Assembly (NCBI GenBank): GCA_903789595.1
Contig: CAIFEZ010000003.1
Coordinates: 108,937 to 172,936 of the forward strand
DNA length: 64,000 nt
Reading direction: 5' to 3'
Source: an uncultured eubacterium 1-6
Lineage (GTDB): Bacteria; Bacillota; Clostridia; Lachnospirales; Lachnospiraceae
Shown: positions 8,750 through 18,244 of the stretch, piece by piece
Layout: the number at the start of each line of letters is the position of its first letter
Numbering within the stretch: position 1 is the first letter of the stretch
Notes under the pieces: model-generated
What the model saw: only the letters and a program-made list of their open reading frames with translations
What the model was told of the DNA's origin: nothing
Database searches by the model: none
Program-made: the position numbers and the translations under genes

Positions 8750-9376
8750 ATGAAACAGAGAACAGCAGCAATTATTTGTGCAGTGGTAATGGGAGCATCC
8801 CTTCTCGCGGGATGCGGAACCGGGACAGCGAATTCCGCTGCGGCAGCATCTTCGTCGGCTTCCGCACAGGCGTCGGCGGCAGAGGAAACCGCATCGTCCG
8901 GATCGTCTGCGGCTTCGGCAGCGTCTTCCGGTTCTTCCGGACAGTCCTCTGAGACGGTCTCCGGAAGTGCTTCGTCATCCGCTTCCGCATCTGAGGGCTC
9001 AGAAGTGCCTGCCGACGGAACCTACACGGCTGACTTTACGACGGACAGCCCGATGTTTAAGGTAAACGAGGCAAACGACGGAAAGGGCACCCTGACGGTG
9101 AAAGACGGCAAGATGGTCATTCATGTGAGCCTGACATCTGAAAATATTGTAAACCTGTTTGCAGGAACGAAGGAAGACGCGCAGAAAGACGGAGCGGAAC
9201 TTCTTCAGCCGACGGTGGACACCGTTACATACAGCGACGGTACGTCAGAGGAGGTGTACGGATTCGACATCCCCGTGCCCGCACTTGACAAGGAGTTTTC
9301 CGTCGCGCTGATCGGCAAGAAGGGAAAGTGGTACGATCACAAGGTTACCGTAACAAATCCCGTTCCGAAAGCATGA
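8750..9376 (+). CDS. Lipoprotein of unknown function downstream of btuFCD
   Basis: Start at ATG 8750 after the RBS aggagga. The signal peptide plus lipobox is LLAGCG, followed by a long S/A-rich linker and then a globular domain of about 125 aa (DGTYTADFTTDSPMFKVNEANDGKGTLTVKDGKMVIHV...KGKWYDHKVTV). Confidence 0.6.
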   Translation: MKQRTAAIICAVVMGASLLAGCGTGTANSAAAASSSASAQASAAEETASSGSSAASAASSGSSGQSSETVSGSASSSASASEGSEVPADGTYTADFTTDSPMFKVNEANDGKGTLTVKDGKMVIHVSLTSENIVNLFAGTKEDAQKDGAELLQPTVDTVTYSDGTSEEVYGFDIPVPALDKEFSVALIGKKGKWYDHKVTVTNPVPKA

Positions 9377-9452
9377 GAAGACACTCAATGATGCCAAAAC
9401 TGCGCAGAGTACGGCGGGTAACAAATGCCGTTACAAAGGCATGAGAAGACGC
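9343..9452. repeat. Imperfect direct repeat (about 33 bp) duplicating the 3' end of the lipoprotein CDS
   Basis: cgtaacaaatcccgttccgaaagcatgagaagac (CDS end plus stop) is repeated as ggtaacaaatgccgttacaaaggcatgagaagac about 72 bp downstream. Confidence 0.7.
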
Positions 9453-9478
9453 CGGAAGGCAGGGAAGGACGGAGAAAA

Positions 9479-11284
9479 ATGGCAGAAACACTGAAAGAAA
9501 GAGACGAAATCAGAGAAGAAGATAAGTGGGACCTTTCGTCCCTGTTTGCCGGTGACGAAGAATGGGAGAAAGCCTTCGCCGGACTGGATGCGAAAATTGA
9601 GAAGGCGGCGTCCTTCCGGGGAAGTCTGTCGGACGCGGCGGCTATCCGTGATTTTTTTGAAGCGGAAACGGAGCTCGACCGCAGCCTCTCCGATCTTTTC
9701 GCCTATGCAAGCATGCGCAGAGATGAAGATACCCGAAGACCGGAATCCCAGTCCATGTATTCAAGGGCGTACGCAAAATATATTAAGGCTGCCTCGGATA
9801 CCGCGTTCGGCAGCCCGGAGATCCTTTCTCTCTCGGAGGAAAAGCTGCGGGAAATCACAGATGCTCCGGAGATGGCGGATTACCGCTACACCATGGTTCG
9901 CCTGCTTCAGGAAAAGGCACATACGCTGACGGCGTCGGAGGAGAAGCTCCTCTCCGGCTTCGGCGAGGTGTTCGCGGCACCCAGAGAAACCGCGGAGAGC
10001 CTCCAGAATGCGGATCTGGTCTTCGACAGTGTGACAGATGGAGAGGGACGCGAGACGGAGGTGACCGGCGCCGGCTATATTCTGCTTCAGTCCTCCCCGG
10101 ACCGTGTGCTGAGAGAGAATTCCTTCCGGAGCTTTTATCGCGGATACCGGCAGCACATCAATACCTTTGCGGCCGCCTACACCGGAGCAGTGAAGGCGGC
10201 GACCGCAGAGGCAGCGGCGCGGCATTACCGGTCATCGCGGGAAATGTATATGGCGCGGGAGAATATACCGGAAGAGGTATATGATAACCTGATCGCCTCC
10301 GTTCGCAGACACATGCCGCTGATGTACCGTTACGCGGCGCTGCGCAAGAAGATACTGGGCGTAGATGAGCTCCATTATTATGACCTGTATGCGCCGCTTT
10401 CCGCGGGCGGAAGCAGGAAATATACCTATGATCAGGCAAAACAGATGGTCCTGGATGCGGTTGCTCCGCTGGGCGCGGACTATGTGAATACGGTCAGAGA
10501 AGGCCTCGAAAGCCACTGGATCGATGTGTATCCGAACCGGGGAAAACGGGGAGGCGCATATTCGGGCGGAACCTATGATTCCAATCCGTATATTCTTCTA
10601 AACTTCACGGGCACGCTGGACAGTGTGTCCACGATTGCTCATGAAATGGGACATTCCATGCAGACCTGGCTGTCCAACCGGAAGCAGCCGCCGCAGTACG
10701 CGGAATACACAATATTTGTGGCGGAGGTCGCGTCCACCTGCAACGAAAACCTTCTGATCGAGCAGCTGCTGCAGAAATGCACGGATCCCGCGGAAAAGCT
10801 GTCGCTACTGAATCAGTATCTGGAAGGCTTTAAGGGAACGGTATACCGGCAGACGATGTTCGCCGAGTTCGAGAAGGAAGCTCATGCCATGGCGGAGCGC
10901 GGGGAGGCGCTGAATGCGTCCGCACTGAATAAGCTGTACGGCGGGCTGGTCAGAGACTACTTCGGACCGGATCTGGTGATGGATGATGAGGTGGCATGCG
11001 AATGGGCGAGAATTCCACATTTTTACAGTCCGTTCTATGTGTATAAATACGCTACAAGCTACTCTGCCGCAGTGGCGGTATCAGAGGCCGTGCTGAACGA
11101 CGGGGCACCGGCTGTGGAACGGTATCTGGATTTCCTCTCCATGGGAGGAAGCCGGGATCCGCTCGACGAGCTGAAGAGCGCCGGCGTAGACCTTGGCACA
11201 CCGGAACCGATTGACCGGGCACTCGAAAAATTCGGCAAGGTTCTTGATGAAGCAGAGAAGCTTGTCTGTGATATGAAAGCATAA
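9479..11284 (+). CDS. pepF: Oligoendopeptidase F (M3B family)
   Basis: About 600 aa from ATG 9479. It has the zinc motif HEMGHSMQ and typical PepF segments (YRQTMFAEFE, WARIPHFYSPFYVYKYATS). Confidence 0.85.
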   Translation: MAETLKERDEIREEDKWDLSSLFAGDEEWEKAFAGLDAKIEKAASFRGSLSDAAAIRDFFEAETELDRSLSDLFAYASMRRDEDTRRPESQSMYSRAYAKYIKAASDTAFGSPEILSLSEEKLREITDAPEMADYRYTMVRLLQEKAHTLTASEEKLLSGFGEVFAAPRETAESLQNADLVFDSVTDGEGRETEVTGAGYILLQSSPDRVLRENSFRSFYRGYRQHINTFAAAYTGAVKAATAEAAARHYRSSREMYMARENIPEEVYDNLIASVRRHMPLMYRYAALRKKILGVDELHYYDLYAPLSAGGSRKYTYDQAKQMVLDAVAPLGADYVNTVREGLESHWIDVYPNRGKRGGAYSGGTYDSNPYILLNFTGTLDSVSTIAHEMGHSMQTWLSNRKQPPQYAEYTIFVAEVASTCNENLLIEQLLQKCTDPAEKLSLLNQYLEGFKGTVYRQTMFAEFEKEAHAMAERGEALNASALNKLYGGLVRDYFGPDLVMDDEVACEWARIPHFYSPFYVYKYATSYSAAVAVSEAVLNDGAPAVERYLDFLSMGGSRDPLDELKSAGVDLGTPEPIDRALEKFGKVLDEAEKLVCDMKA

Positions 11285-11394
11285 GCAGGCAGAGAAGCTT
11301 GCCTGTGATATGAAGTCATAAGCAGGCAGAGATGCTTGCCTGTGATATGAAAGCATAAGCAGGCAGAGAAGATTGTCTGTAATATGGGACCATG
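11249..11394. repeat. 37-bp tandem repeat x about 4 that starts inside the last codons of pepF
   Basis: The unit agcaggcagagaagcttgcctgtgatatgaa(a/g)(g/t)cata occurs at about 11247-11283, 11284-11320, 11321-11357 and 11358-11394. Each unit contains the caggca/tgcctg hairpin and the taa of cataagc. Confidence 0.9.
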
Positions 11395-11401
11395 AGCGTT
11401 T

Positions 11402-11441
11402 AAAAAGCGGCAGCCGCACGTATTCGTGCGGCTGCCGCTTT
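11402..11441. terminator. Bidirectional rho-independent terminator (pepF / galM convergent)
   Basis: A 14-bp perfect stem gcggcagccgcacg(11407-11420)/cgtgcggctgccgc(11425-11438), an A-run upstream and ttt downstream. Confidence 0.75.
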
Positions 11442-11519
11442 GAAATCAGGAACGCTGCGGCAGTGGGACTTCAGCCTGCAAAGCGCACGTCATCCAAATG
11501 GACAGTTTCCGGAACACAG

Positions 11520-12575
11520 TCACTCCCGGAAGCTGAGCTTATAGGTCGTTGTGGATTCATACCTCTGACCCGCCGGCAGAATCGGACTTGTGAAGCTTTC
11601 GATGTTGATGCTGTTCGGAAAATACTGTGTCTCGAGCGCGAAGCCGCATCGCCGGTCGTAAATGTGTCCGGACTTCGCGGTGTGGCGCGTCACATAATTC
11701 GCTGTGTAGAACTGCATGCCGGGAAGATCGGAGTATACATCCAGCTGCAGGCCGGTGACGGAGGAGAAAACCTCTGCCATCTTCCGTGTCTCACCCTTGT
11801 CCATCGCAAAGACAAAGTTGTGGTCATAGCCGTTTCCGAAGCGGAGCTGCTCATCATCCGCGTGAATATCAGCTCCGATCGATTTTCCGTTCCGGAAATC
11901 GAAGGGAGTTCCCTCTACATCAAGAAGCCTGCCCGTCGGAATGGTTCCCGCGTCGATCTCCGTGATCTTATCTGAGAACAGCTTGAGATTGTGATCCAGA
12001 ACATCACCGTTCCCTTCGCCGTTCAGGTTAAAATAAGAATGGTTCGTCATGTTGCATAGGGTGTCCTGATCGGATATCCCTTCATAGTGAATCGAGAGAT
12101 TCCCCTCACTGTCCAGCCGATAAGTCACGGTCACGGAAAACGCTCCCGGATATCCCTGATCTCCGTCCGGAGTGTCGAGCGTCAGCGAGATGGAAGCACC
12201 GTCGGGAGCGGTTCCCTGCGTCTTCCACATCCTTTTATAGTAGACATCGGGACCGCTGTGCAGATTGTTCTCACCGTCATTTTTTGCCAGATGGTATATC
12301 CTGCCGTTCAGCACGAATTCTGCGCCGCCGATGCGGTTGGCATTCCTTCCGACGGTTGCGCCGAAGCAGGCGTCGCTCTTCTCATAATCGGAAGCAGAGT
12401 CATATCCGAGGACGACATCGATAGGGGCGCCGTCGTCCCCCTTCACGGTAAAGGAGACAAGAGCAGCGCCGTAATCCGTAACAGACGCCGTGTACTTGCC
12501 GGCGTGTATCGTGTACAGCGCCGCCGTCTCTCCCTTGTCAGTTCTGCCGAAATCTTTCACCCATTCATTCATCAT
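11520..12575 (-). CDS. galM: Aldose 1-epimerase (galactose mutarotase)
   Basis: 351 aa with mutarotase motifs: GATVGRNANRIGGAEF, NNLHSGP, TNHSYFNL and ALETQYFPNS. Confidence 0.85.
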   Translation of the reverse strand: MMNEWVKDFGRTDKGETAALYTIHAGKYTASVTDYGAALVSFTVKGDDGAPIDVVLGYDSASDYEKSDACFGATVGRNANRIGGAEFVLNGRIYHLAKNDGENNLHSGPDVYYKRMWKTQGTAPDGASISLTLDTPDGDQGYPGAFSVTVTYRLDSEGNLSIHYEGISDQDTLCNMTNHSYFNLNGEGNGDVLDHNLKLFSDKITEIDAGTIPTGRLLDVEGTPFDFRNGKSIGADIHADDEQLRFGNGYDHNFVFAMDKGETRKMAEVFSSVTGLQLDVYSDLPGMQFYTANYVTRHTAKSGHIYDRRCGFALETQYFPNSINIESFTSPILPAGQRYESTTTYKLSFRE

Positions 12576-12700
12576 AAACCCACCTTTCAGAAATACCTTT
12601 TATTCTCCGGCCGCTGCCGGGGCCGTCTTTCATTATATTACAGCATTTCCTGCGCGAAAGACAGATGAAATGAAGAATACGTCCACAGCTTCATAATCCA

Positions 12701-12777
12701 GGAAACATCTTTGTTACAGTCGGTATGCGAATGACAACAGATCCGGGAAATCCCTGCCCGGATAACTGTGCCTACAG
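12701..12777. repeat. Degenerate solo right arm of Rep-A
   Basis: ggaaacatctttgttacagtcggtatgcgaatgacaacagatccgggaaatccctgcc aligns with the Rep-A segment ggataaaactttgttacagccagtttgcgaatggcaacagggctgtgaaatccctgcc. Confidence 0.55.
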
Positions 12778-12838
12778 TAAAGGTGCACAAAAAATGATGC
12801 CGTAATTTGAGAGTATTAACGAAAAGTAAAAATGATAT

Positions 12839-12852
12839 TGAAAACGTTTCCA
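12839..12852. promoter_or_regulatory. Palindromic LacI-family/cre-like operator
   Basis: tgaaaacgtttcca fits the cre/LacI-family pattern TGnAAnCGnTnnCA and lies upstream of the sugar-binding protein gene. Confidence 0.5.
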
Positions 12853-12874
12853 ACAGGTGTTATTCTCTAAACAT

Positions 12875-12888
12875 AGAAAACGTTTCCA
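12875..12888. promoter_or_regulatory. Palindromic LacI-family/cre-like operator (second copy)
   Basis: agaaaacgtttcca lies 36 bp from the first copy and shares the 12-nt core aaaacgtttcca. Confidence 0.5.
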
Positions 12889-12962
12889 ATGAAATCCGAA
12901 TATGACACAATCCTTTAAAACAAGGGTTCCGATGTAGTTTTGGTTCATGGAGAGGAAAAGTT

Positions 12963-12976
12963 CGAAAACGTTATCT
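12963..12976. promoter_or_regulatory. Weaker operator-like site
   Basis: cgaaaacgttatct shares the gaaaacgtt half-site. Confidence 0.3.
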
Positions 12977-13048
12977 AAAGGTAAGAAGTAGCTAACGGGA
13001 GAATAAATTTCCGTAGCTCAAATGTGTAAATCAAAGGAGGATAAACAC

Positions 13049-14533
13049 ATGAAAAAGAAAGTTCTCAGTCTTGTACTCGGAACGGCAATGGCTGCATCCA
13101 TGTTCGCGGCCTGCGGATCTTCAACAGATTCAAACAGCTCGTCTGCCGCTTCATCCAGCAGCGCAGCAGACAGCAGCGTAGCATCCGCATCTGCAGGAAC
13201 TACCGAGAATGTTGCTTCCAACAGCGCAACCGCGACAACCGCGTCCGGAGACGGCAGCGTTTATCTGCTGAACTTTAAGCCGGAGACGGATGATGCATGG
13301 CAGGATCTTGCAAAGACCTACACCGATCAGACCGGAGTAAAAGTAAACGTACTTACCGCTGCTGATGGACAGTACGCAACCACTCTTCAGTCCGAGATGG
13401 CAAAGTCCGAGGCACCGACAATTTTCAATATCGGATCTTCCACAGATGCACAGACATGGGATGATTACACATATGATCTGAAGGATACCGACCTTTACAA
13501 GCATGACAGCGATCACAGCCTGGATGTCGTATATAATGGCAAGGTTGCAGGTATCGCGAACTGCTATGAGGCATACGGAATCATCGTCAACAAGACAATC
13601 CTTGATACCTATTGCAGTCTTGATAACGCAGTGATCTCTTCCATCGATGACATTGACAGCTTCGACAAACTGAAAGCAGTTGCTGATGATATTCAGAAAC
13701 GTGTAGATGAGATCAACAAGGCAGGCGGATATGATCTGACAGGAGCATTCACTTCCGCAGGACTGGATGATTCTTCATCCTGGAGATTCTCCGGACATCT
13801 TGCAAATATGCCGCTGTACTATGAGTTCGTAGATGACGGACTTGAGGATCCGACGGCCGGCGAAGCTACCATCAAGGGAAAATACCTGGACAACTTCAAG
13901 AAGGTATGGGATATGTACGTATCCGATTCCGGAGCGGATCCGAAGACGCTTGCAGGCGGAACCTACAACGCAGAGCAGGAGTTCGGTATGGAAGAGGCAG
14001 TCTTCTATCAGAACGGCGACTGGGAGTACAGCGCGCTGAAGGATGCAGATGGAAAGAACGGATATCTCACAGCAGACGACGATCTTACCATGATCCCGAT
14101 CTACTTTGGCGTTGATGACAAGAACGAAGGACTGTGCGTAGGTACGGAAAATCACTGGGCAGTTAACAGCAAGGCATCTGAGGCGGACATCAAGGCATCT
14201 CTTGATTTCCTGAACTGGGTTATTACTTCTGATGAAGGCCGCAAGGCTATGGATGATACGATGGGACTTTCCTGCCCGTTCGATACATTCACCGGCGATT
14301 ACGCTCCGAAGAACGAGTTCGGTGCTGTCGCACAGAAGCTGAATGATGAAGGCAAGAAGTCTGTTGCATGGGCATTCAATGCTACACCGAATGTAGATGA
14401 CTGGAGAGCTGATGTCGTAGCTGCTCTTACCGCTTACACCGATGGAACCGGCGACTGGGATGCTGTCAAGAAGGCATTTGTAGACGGATGGGCAAATCAG
14501 TGGAAGCTTCAGCAGGAATCCGCTTCTGAATAA
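13049..14533 (+). CDS. Sugar (maltodextrin-type) ABC transporter substrate-binding lipoprotein
   Basis: Start at ATG 13049 after the RBS aaaggagga. The signal peptide plus lipobox is MFAACGS, followed by an S/A-rich linker and an SBP family 1 body. It is adjacent to MalF/MalG-like permeases and malQ. Confidence 0.8.
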   Translation: MKKKVLSLVLGTAMAASMFAACGSSTDSNSSSAASSSSAADSSVASASAGTTENVASNSATATTASGDGSVYLLNFKPETDDAWQDLAKTYTDQTGVKVNVLTAADGQYATTLQSEMAKSEAPTIFNIGSSTDAQTWDDYTYDLKDTDLYKHDSDHSLDVVYNGKVAGIANCYEAYGIIVNKTILDTYCSLDNAVISSIDDIDSFDKLKAVADDIQKRVDEINKAGGYDLTGAFTSAGLDDSSSWRFSGHLANMPLYYEFVDDGLEDPTAGEATIKGKYLDNFKKVWDMYVSDSGADPKTLAGGTYNAEQEFGMEEAVFYQNGDWEYSALKDADGKNGYLTADDDLTMIPIYFGVDDKNEGLCVGTENHWAVNSKASEADIKASLDFLNWVITSDEGRKAMDDTMGLSCPFDTFTGDYAPKNEFGAVAQKLNDEGKKSVAWAFNATPNVDDWRADVVAALTAYTDGTGDWDAVKKAFVDGWANQWKLQQESASE

Positions 14534-14636
14534 TCCTTTTCGAGATATTCATAAAAACTGACACGATCAGGTGGCACGCGGACATATGAAAATATGCCAT
14601 CATACATAAAGTGATGACACCATAGCAGAAGAATAG

Positions 14637-14686
14637 AAGGGCTGCCGCATGAAAAACAATAGGATCATTGCGACAGCCCTTTTTAT
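14637..14686 (+). terminator. Intra-operon hairpin/attenuator after the binding-protein gene
   Basis: aagggctgccgca(14637-14649)/tgcgacagccctt(14669-14681) pair with 1 mismatch and are followed by ttttatt. Confidence 0.55.
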
Positions 14687-14746
14687 TCCCCTGAAAACAG
14701 GGAAGCTGTTTATTGAGATTGATTTTGTTTTAAAGAGAGGCTATTT

Positions 14747-15604
14747 ATGTCGAAACCATTAAAAAAATACTGGCCGCTTTTTGTATTACCAACGATGGCG
14801 GCCTTTGTAATCGGATTTATTGTTCCGTTCGTGTACGGCGTTTTTCTCTCCTTCTGTAAATTCACGACAGTTACAGACTGGAAGCTTGTAGGAATCCGCA
14901 ATTACACCAGGATTTTCTTTGTAAATGGAAAACTGGATACGACATTTATCCACTCCCTGTGGTATACCTGCCTGTTTACAGTAGTTACTGTTCTGATCAT
15001 CAATGTAGTGGCATTTTTCATCGCGCTTGCGCTTACAAAGGGAATTAAGGGCACCAATATTTTCCGTACCTCTTTCTTCCTTCCGAACCTGATCGGAGGC
15101 ATCATCCTCTCCTACATCTGGTTGATGATTTTCAACGCAATCCTTGCGAAATACTCCAAGACGATCGTATCCACACAGTGGACAGCATTCTGGGGACTGG
15201 TTGTTGTTGTTTGCTGGCAGCAGATCGGATATATGATGATCATCTATGTCGCGGGTCTTCAGAATATTTCGGCGGATCTTCTTGAGGCGGCAAAAATCGA
15301 CGGCGCCAACAACTGGCAGCTGATGAAGGGCGTCATCATTCCGATGCTTCGTCCGACCATCGCAACCTGCACCTTCCTGACGCTGACAAACGGATTTAAG
15401 CTCTTCGATCAGAACTTCGCATTGACAGGAGGAAACCCGGGCAAGATGTCGCAGTTGCTTGCTTTGAACATCTACGACACCATGTACGGAACCACCGGAT
15501 GGCAGGGCGTAGGACAGGCGAAGGCAGTTATCTTCTTTATTCTGGTTGCGATCATTGCGCTGATTCAGAATAAGCTGACAACGCGTAAGGAGGTAGAGGC
15601 ATAA
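14747..15604 (+). CDS. Carbohydrate ABC transporter permease (MalF-like)
   Basis: 285 aa with 6 TM segments and the EAA-loop LLEAAKIDGANNWQLMKGVIIPMLRP. Confidence 0.85.
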   Translation: MSKPLKKYWPLFVLPTMAAFVIGFIVPFVYGVFLSFCKFTTVTDWKLVGIRNYTRIFFVNGKLDTTFIHSLWYTCLFTVVTVLIINVVAFFIALALTKGIKGTNIFRTSFFLPNLIGGIILSYIWLMIFNAILAKYSKTIVSTQWTAFWGLVVVVCWQQIGYMMIIYVAGLQNISADLLEAAKIDGANNWQLMKGVIIPMLRPTIATCTFLTLTNGFKLFDQNFALTGGNPGKMSQLLALNIYDTMYGTTGWQGVGQAKAVIFFILVAIIALIQNKLTTRKEVEA

Positions 15605-16536
15605 TGGCACAGGCAAATACAATGAAAGTAAAAAAACCGAAAGAGAACGAAGTGTCTGCCGCCAGAAAATCCAAACACGGCACAGCGCTGACCGTATTTT
15701 TCTCCGTGCTGTCTTTCGTTTGGATTCTTCCTATTCTTATTGTTATCCTGAACTCTTTTAAGAGGAAGGCTTATATCTTCAAGAATCCTTTCGGAATAAG
15801 CAATGTATCCCTCTCTCAGGGCGCTGAGAGATGGCGCGCAGGAATTCATAAAACCTTCGTAGGACTGACAAACTATGCGACAGCAATCGAGAAGACGGAT
15901 TTCTTCCGCTGTTTCGGATATTCTGTATTTATTACAGTGGTTTCCGTGGCTCTGATCGTTCTTCTCTGCTCCATGACCGCATGGTATATCATCCGTGTGA
16001 AAAACGCGGCGACGAAGACGGTTTATCTTCTGTGCATGTTCTCCATGATCGTGCCTTTCCAGATGGTAATGTTCACCCTTTCCAAGTTCGCGAACATTCT
16101 TCATCTGTCCAACCCGGTCGGCATCTGTGTTGTCTACCTGGGATTCGGAGCGGGACTCGCGATCTTCATGTTCACAGGATTTGTAAAGCAAATCCCGATT
16201 GAACTGGAGGAGGCTGCCATGATCGACGGCGCTACACCGGTTCAGTGCTATTTCCAGGTTATCCTGCCGGTTATGAAGCCGACGCTGATCACCGTTGCCA
16301 TTCTGGATGCAATGTGGATCTGGAACGATTACCTTCTGCCTTCTCTGGTCCTGAATGTCAATAAGTACAAGACCATTCAGATCGCCGTTCAGTATCTGAA
16401 GCAGTCTCACGGCCAGGTAGACTGGGGTGCCATGATGGCAGTTCTCGTTCTCGCGATCATCCCGATTGTCATCTTCTACATGGCAGTGCAGAAATACATC
16501 ATCGAGGGTGTCGTTGCAGGTGCCGTAAAGGGCTGA
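15604..16536 (+). CDS. Carbohydrate ABC transporter permease (MalG-like)
   Basis: 310 aa with the EAA-loop LEEAAMIDGATPVQCYFQVILPVMKP. The start overlaps the preceding stop. Confidence 0.85.
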   Translation: MAQANTMKVKKPKENEVSAARKSKHGTALTVFFSVLSFVWILPILIVILNSFKRKAYIFKNPFGISNVSLSQGAERWRAGIHKTFVGLTNYATAIEKTDFFRCFGYSVFITVVSVALIVLLCSMTAWYIIRVKNAATKTVYLLCMFSMIVPFQMVMFTLSKFANILHLSNPVGICVVYLGFGAGLAIFMFTGFVKQIPIELEEAAMIDGATPVQCYFQVILPVMKPTLITVAILDAMWIWNDYLLPSLVLNVNKYKTIQIAVQYLKQSHGQVDWGAMMAVLVLAIIPIVIFYMAVQKYIIEGVVAGAVKG

Positions 16537-16642
16537 TCCTGTCTTCACCGGGCTGTCCCGGTGGAAGACACAGGCATCGCATACGAATGAATCTGACAAA
16601 TGGGTCCGGGAGTTTCCGGATCTGAGGAAAGGAAGAAAAGAA

Positions 16643-18133
16643 ATGAGGGCAAGCGGAATACTGATGCCGATCTTCAGTCTTCCCGGTAAATACGGAATCG
16701 GATGCTTCTCGGAAGAGGCGTACCGGTTTGTGGACTTCCTGAAAAAATCAGGTCAGAAATACTGGCAGATTCTGCCGGTGGGACCGACGGGATTCGGAGA
16801 TTCTCCCTACCAGTCCTTTTCTACCTTTGCGGGGAATCCCTATTTTATAAGTCCGGATGAGCTGGTGAGACAGGAACTGATCCGGAGTGAGGATATCCCG
16901 GAACCGGAGAAAGACGCAAGGGAAGACAGGGTCGATTACGGGTGGCTCTACAACACACGGTATAAGGTTCTGAGAGATGCGTTTGAGAGCTGGAAGGGCC
17001 GGAGACATCCGGAGTTTGAAAAATTCCTGGATGACAATCAGTACTGGATCGAAGATTATGCTCTTTTTATGGCGGAAAAGGAACACTTCGGCGGAAGAAG
17101 CTTTACGGAATGGGATGAAGATATCCGTTTCCGGAGACCGGAAGCCATGGAAAAGGCAAAGACAGATCTCGCGGATGAAATTCTGTACCACGAATACATT
17201 CAGTATGAATTTGACCGCGAATGGAAGAACCTGAAGAAATACGCAAACGACAACGGAATTCAGATCATCGGAGATATTCCGATCTATGTATCTCCGGACA
17301 GTGCGGACTTCTGGGCACATCCGGAGCTGTTCCAGACGGATGAGAACAATCTGCCGACAAGCGTTGCCGGATGTCCGCCGGACGGTTTTTCGGCTGACGG
17401 ACAGCTGTGGGGAAATCCCCTCTATGACTGGGAGTATCACAGGGAAACCGGGTACGACTGGTGGCTGAGGAGAATCACGAAATGCGCGGAGCTCTATGAT
17501 GTGATCCGGATCGATCATTTCAGAGGGTTCGACGAGTATTACTCGATCAAGGCGGGAAGCCCGAACGCGATCGGAGGACACTGGTGCAAGGGACCGAATA
17601 CGGACCTGTTTGATACGATCCGTGAAAAAATCGGCGATATCCGGATCATTGCCGAGGATCTCGGCTACATCACGGAAACCGTGAAGAAGATGGTGAAGGA
17701 CACCGGATATCCGAACATGAAGGTGATCGAGTTTGCCTTTGATTCCAGAGACTCCAGCGGAAGAGCGGCTTATTATCCGTACAATTACAGCAGCAACTGC
17801 GTCGTATACACGGGAACCCATGACAATGAAACTCTTGTGGGATGGCTGGGCAATATCCTGCCGGAAGAGAGACAGGAACTGAAGGATTATCTCGGAACAG
17901 ACAGCGATGACGACTGTGAGATCGCAGACCGGACGATTCGTCTGGTGGAGAGCAGTGTAGCGGATCTCTGCGTGGTGCCGATACAGGACTGGCTGGGGCT
18001 GGATAATTCCGCACGAATAAACCATCCGAGCACAACCGGCACAAACTGGGTGTGGAGGCTGAAGGACGGACAGATCACGGAGCAGCTCGCGGAGAGAATT
18101 CACGAGATCTGCAGTATCTACGGAAGGATCTGA
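16643..18133 (+). CDS. malQ: 4-alpha-glucanotransferase (amylomaltase), copy 1
   Basis: 496 aa in GH77 with GILMPIFSLPGKYGIG, GDSPYQSFSTFAGNPYFI, IRIDHFRGF and YTGTHDNET. Confidence 0.9.
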   Translation: MRASGILMPIFSLPGKYGIGCFSEEAYRFVDFLKKSGQKYWQILPVGPTGFGDSPYQSFSTFAGNPYFISPDELVRQELIRSEDIPEPEKDAREDRVDYGWLYNTRYKVLRDAFESWKGRRHPEFEKFLDDNQYWIEDYALFMAEKEHFGGRSFTEWDEDIRFRRPEAMEKAKTDLADEILYHEYIQYEFDREWKNLKKYANDNGIQIIGDIPIYVSPDSADFWAHPELFQTDENNLPTSVAGCPPDGFSADGQLWGNPLYDWEYHRETGYDWWLRRITKCAELYDVIRIDHFRGFDEYYSIKAGSPNAIGGHWCKGPNTDLFDTIREKIGDIRIIAEDLGYITETVKKMVKDTGYPNMKVIEFAFDSRDSSGRAAYYPYNYSSNCVVYTGTHDNETLVGWLGNILPEERQELKDYLGTDSDDDCEIADRTIRLVESSVADLCVVPIQDWLGLDNSARINHPSTTGTNWVWRLKDGQITEQLAERIHEICSIYGRI

Positions 18134-18244
18134 ACAGCGGTTTTTACAGGACGTCTTGACATTCATAAGCATATGAGACATTATTGACGGTGGACAGACC
18201 CGCGTCGTCAGACAGACGGATGCGGGTTTTTTCAAGATCCTGAT

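Noticed and set aside
11373-11975. A 200-aa plus-strand ORF starting in the pepF repeat array and running antisense into galM.
   Set aside because: It crosses a strong bidirectional terminator, is antisense to galM and shows no family signal.
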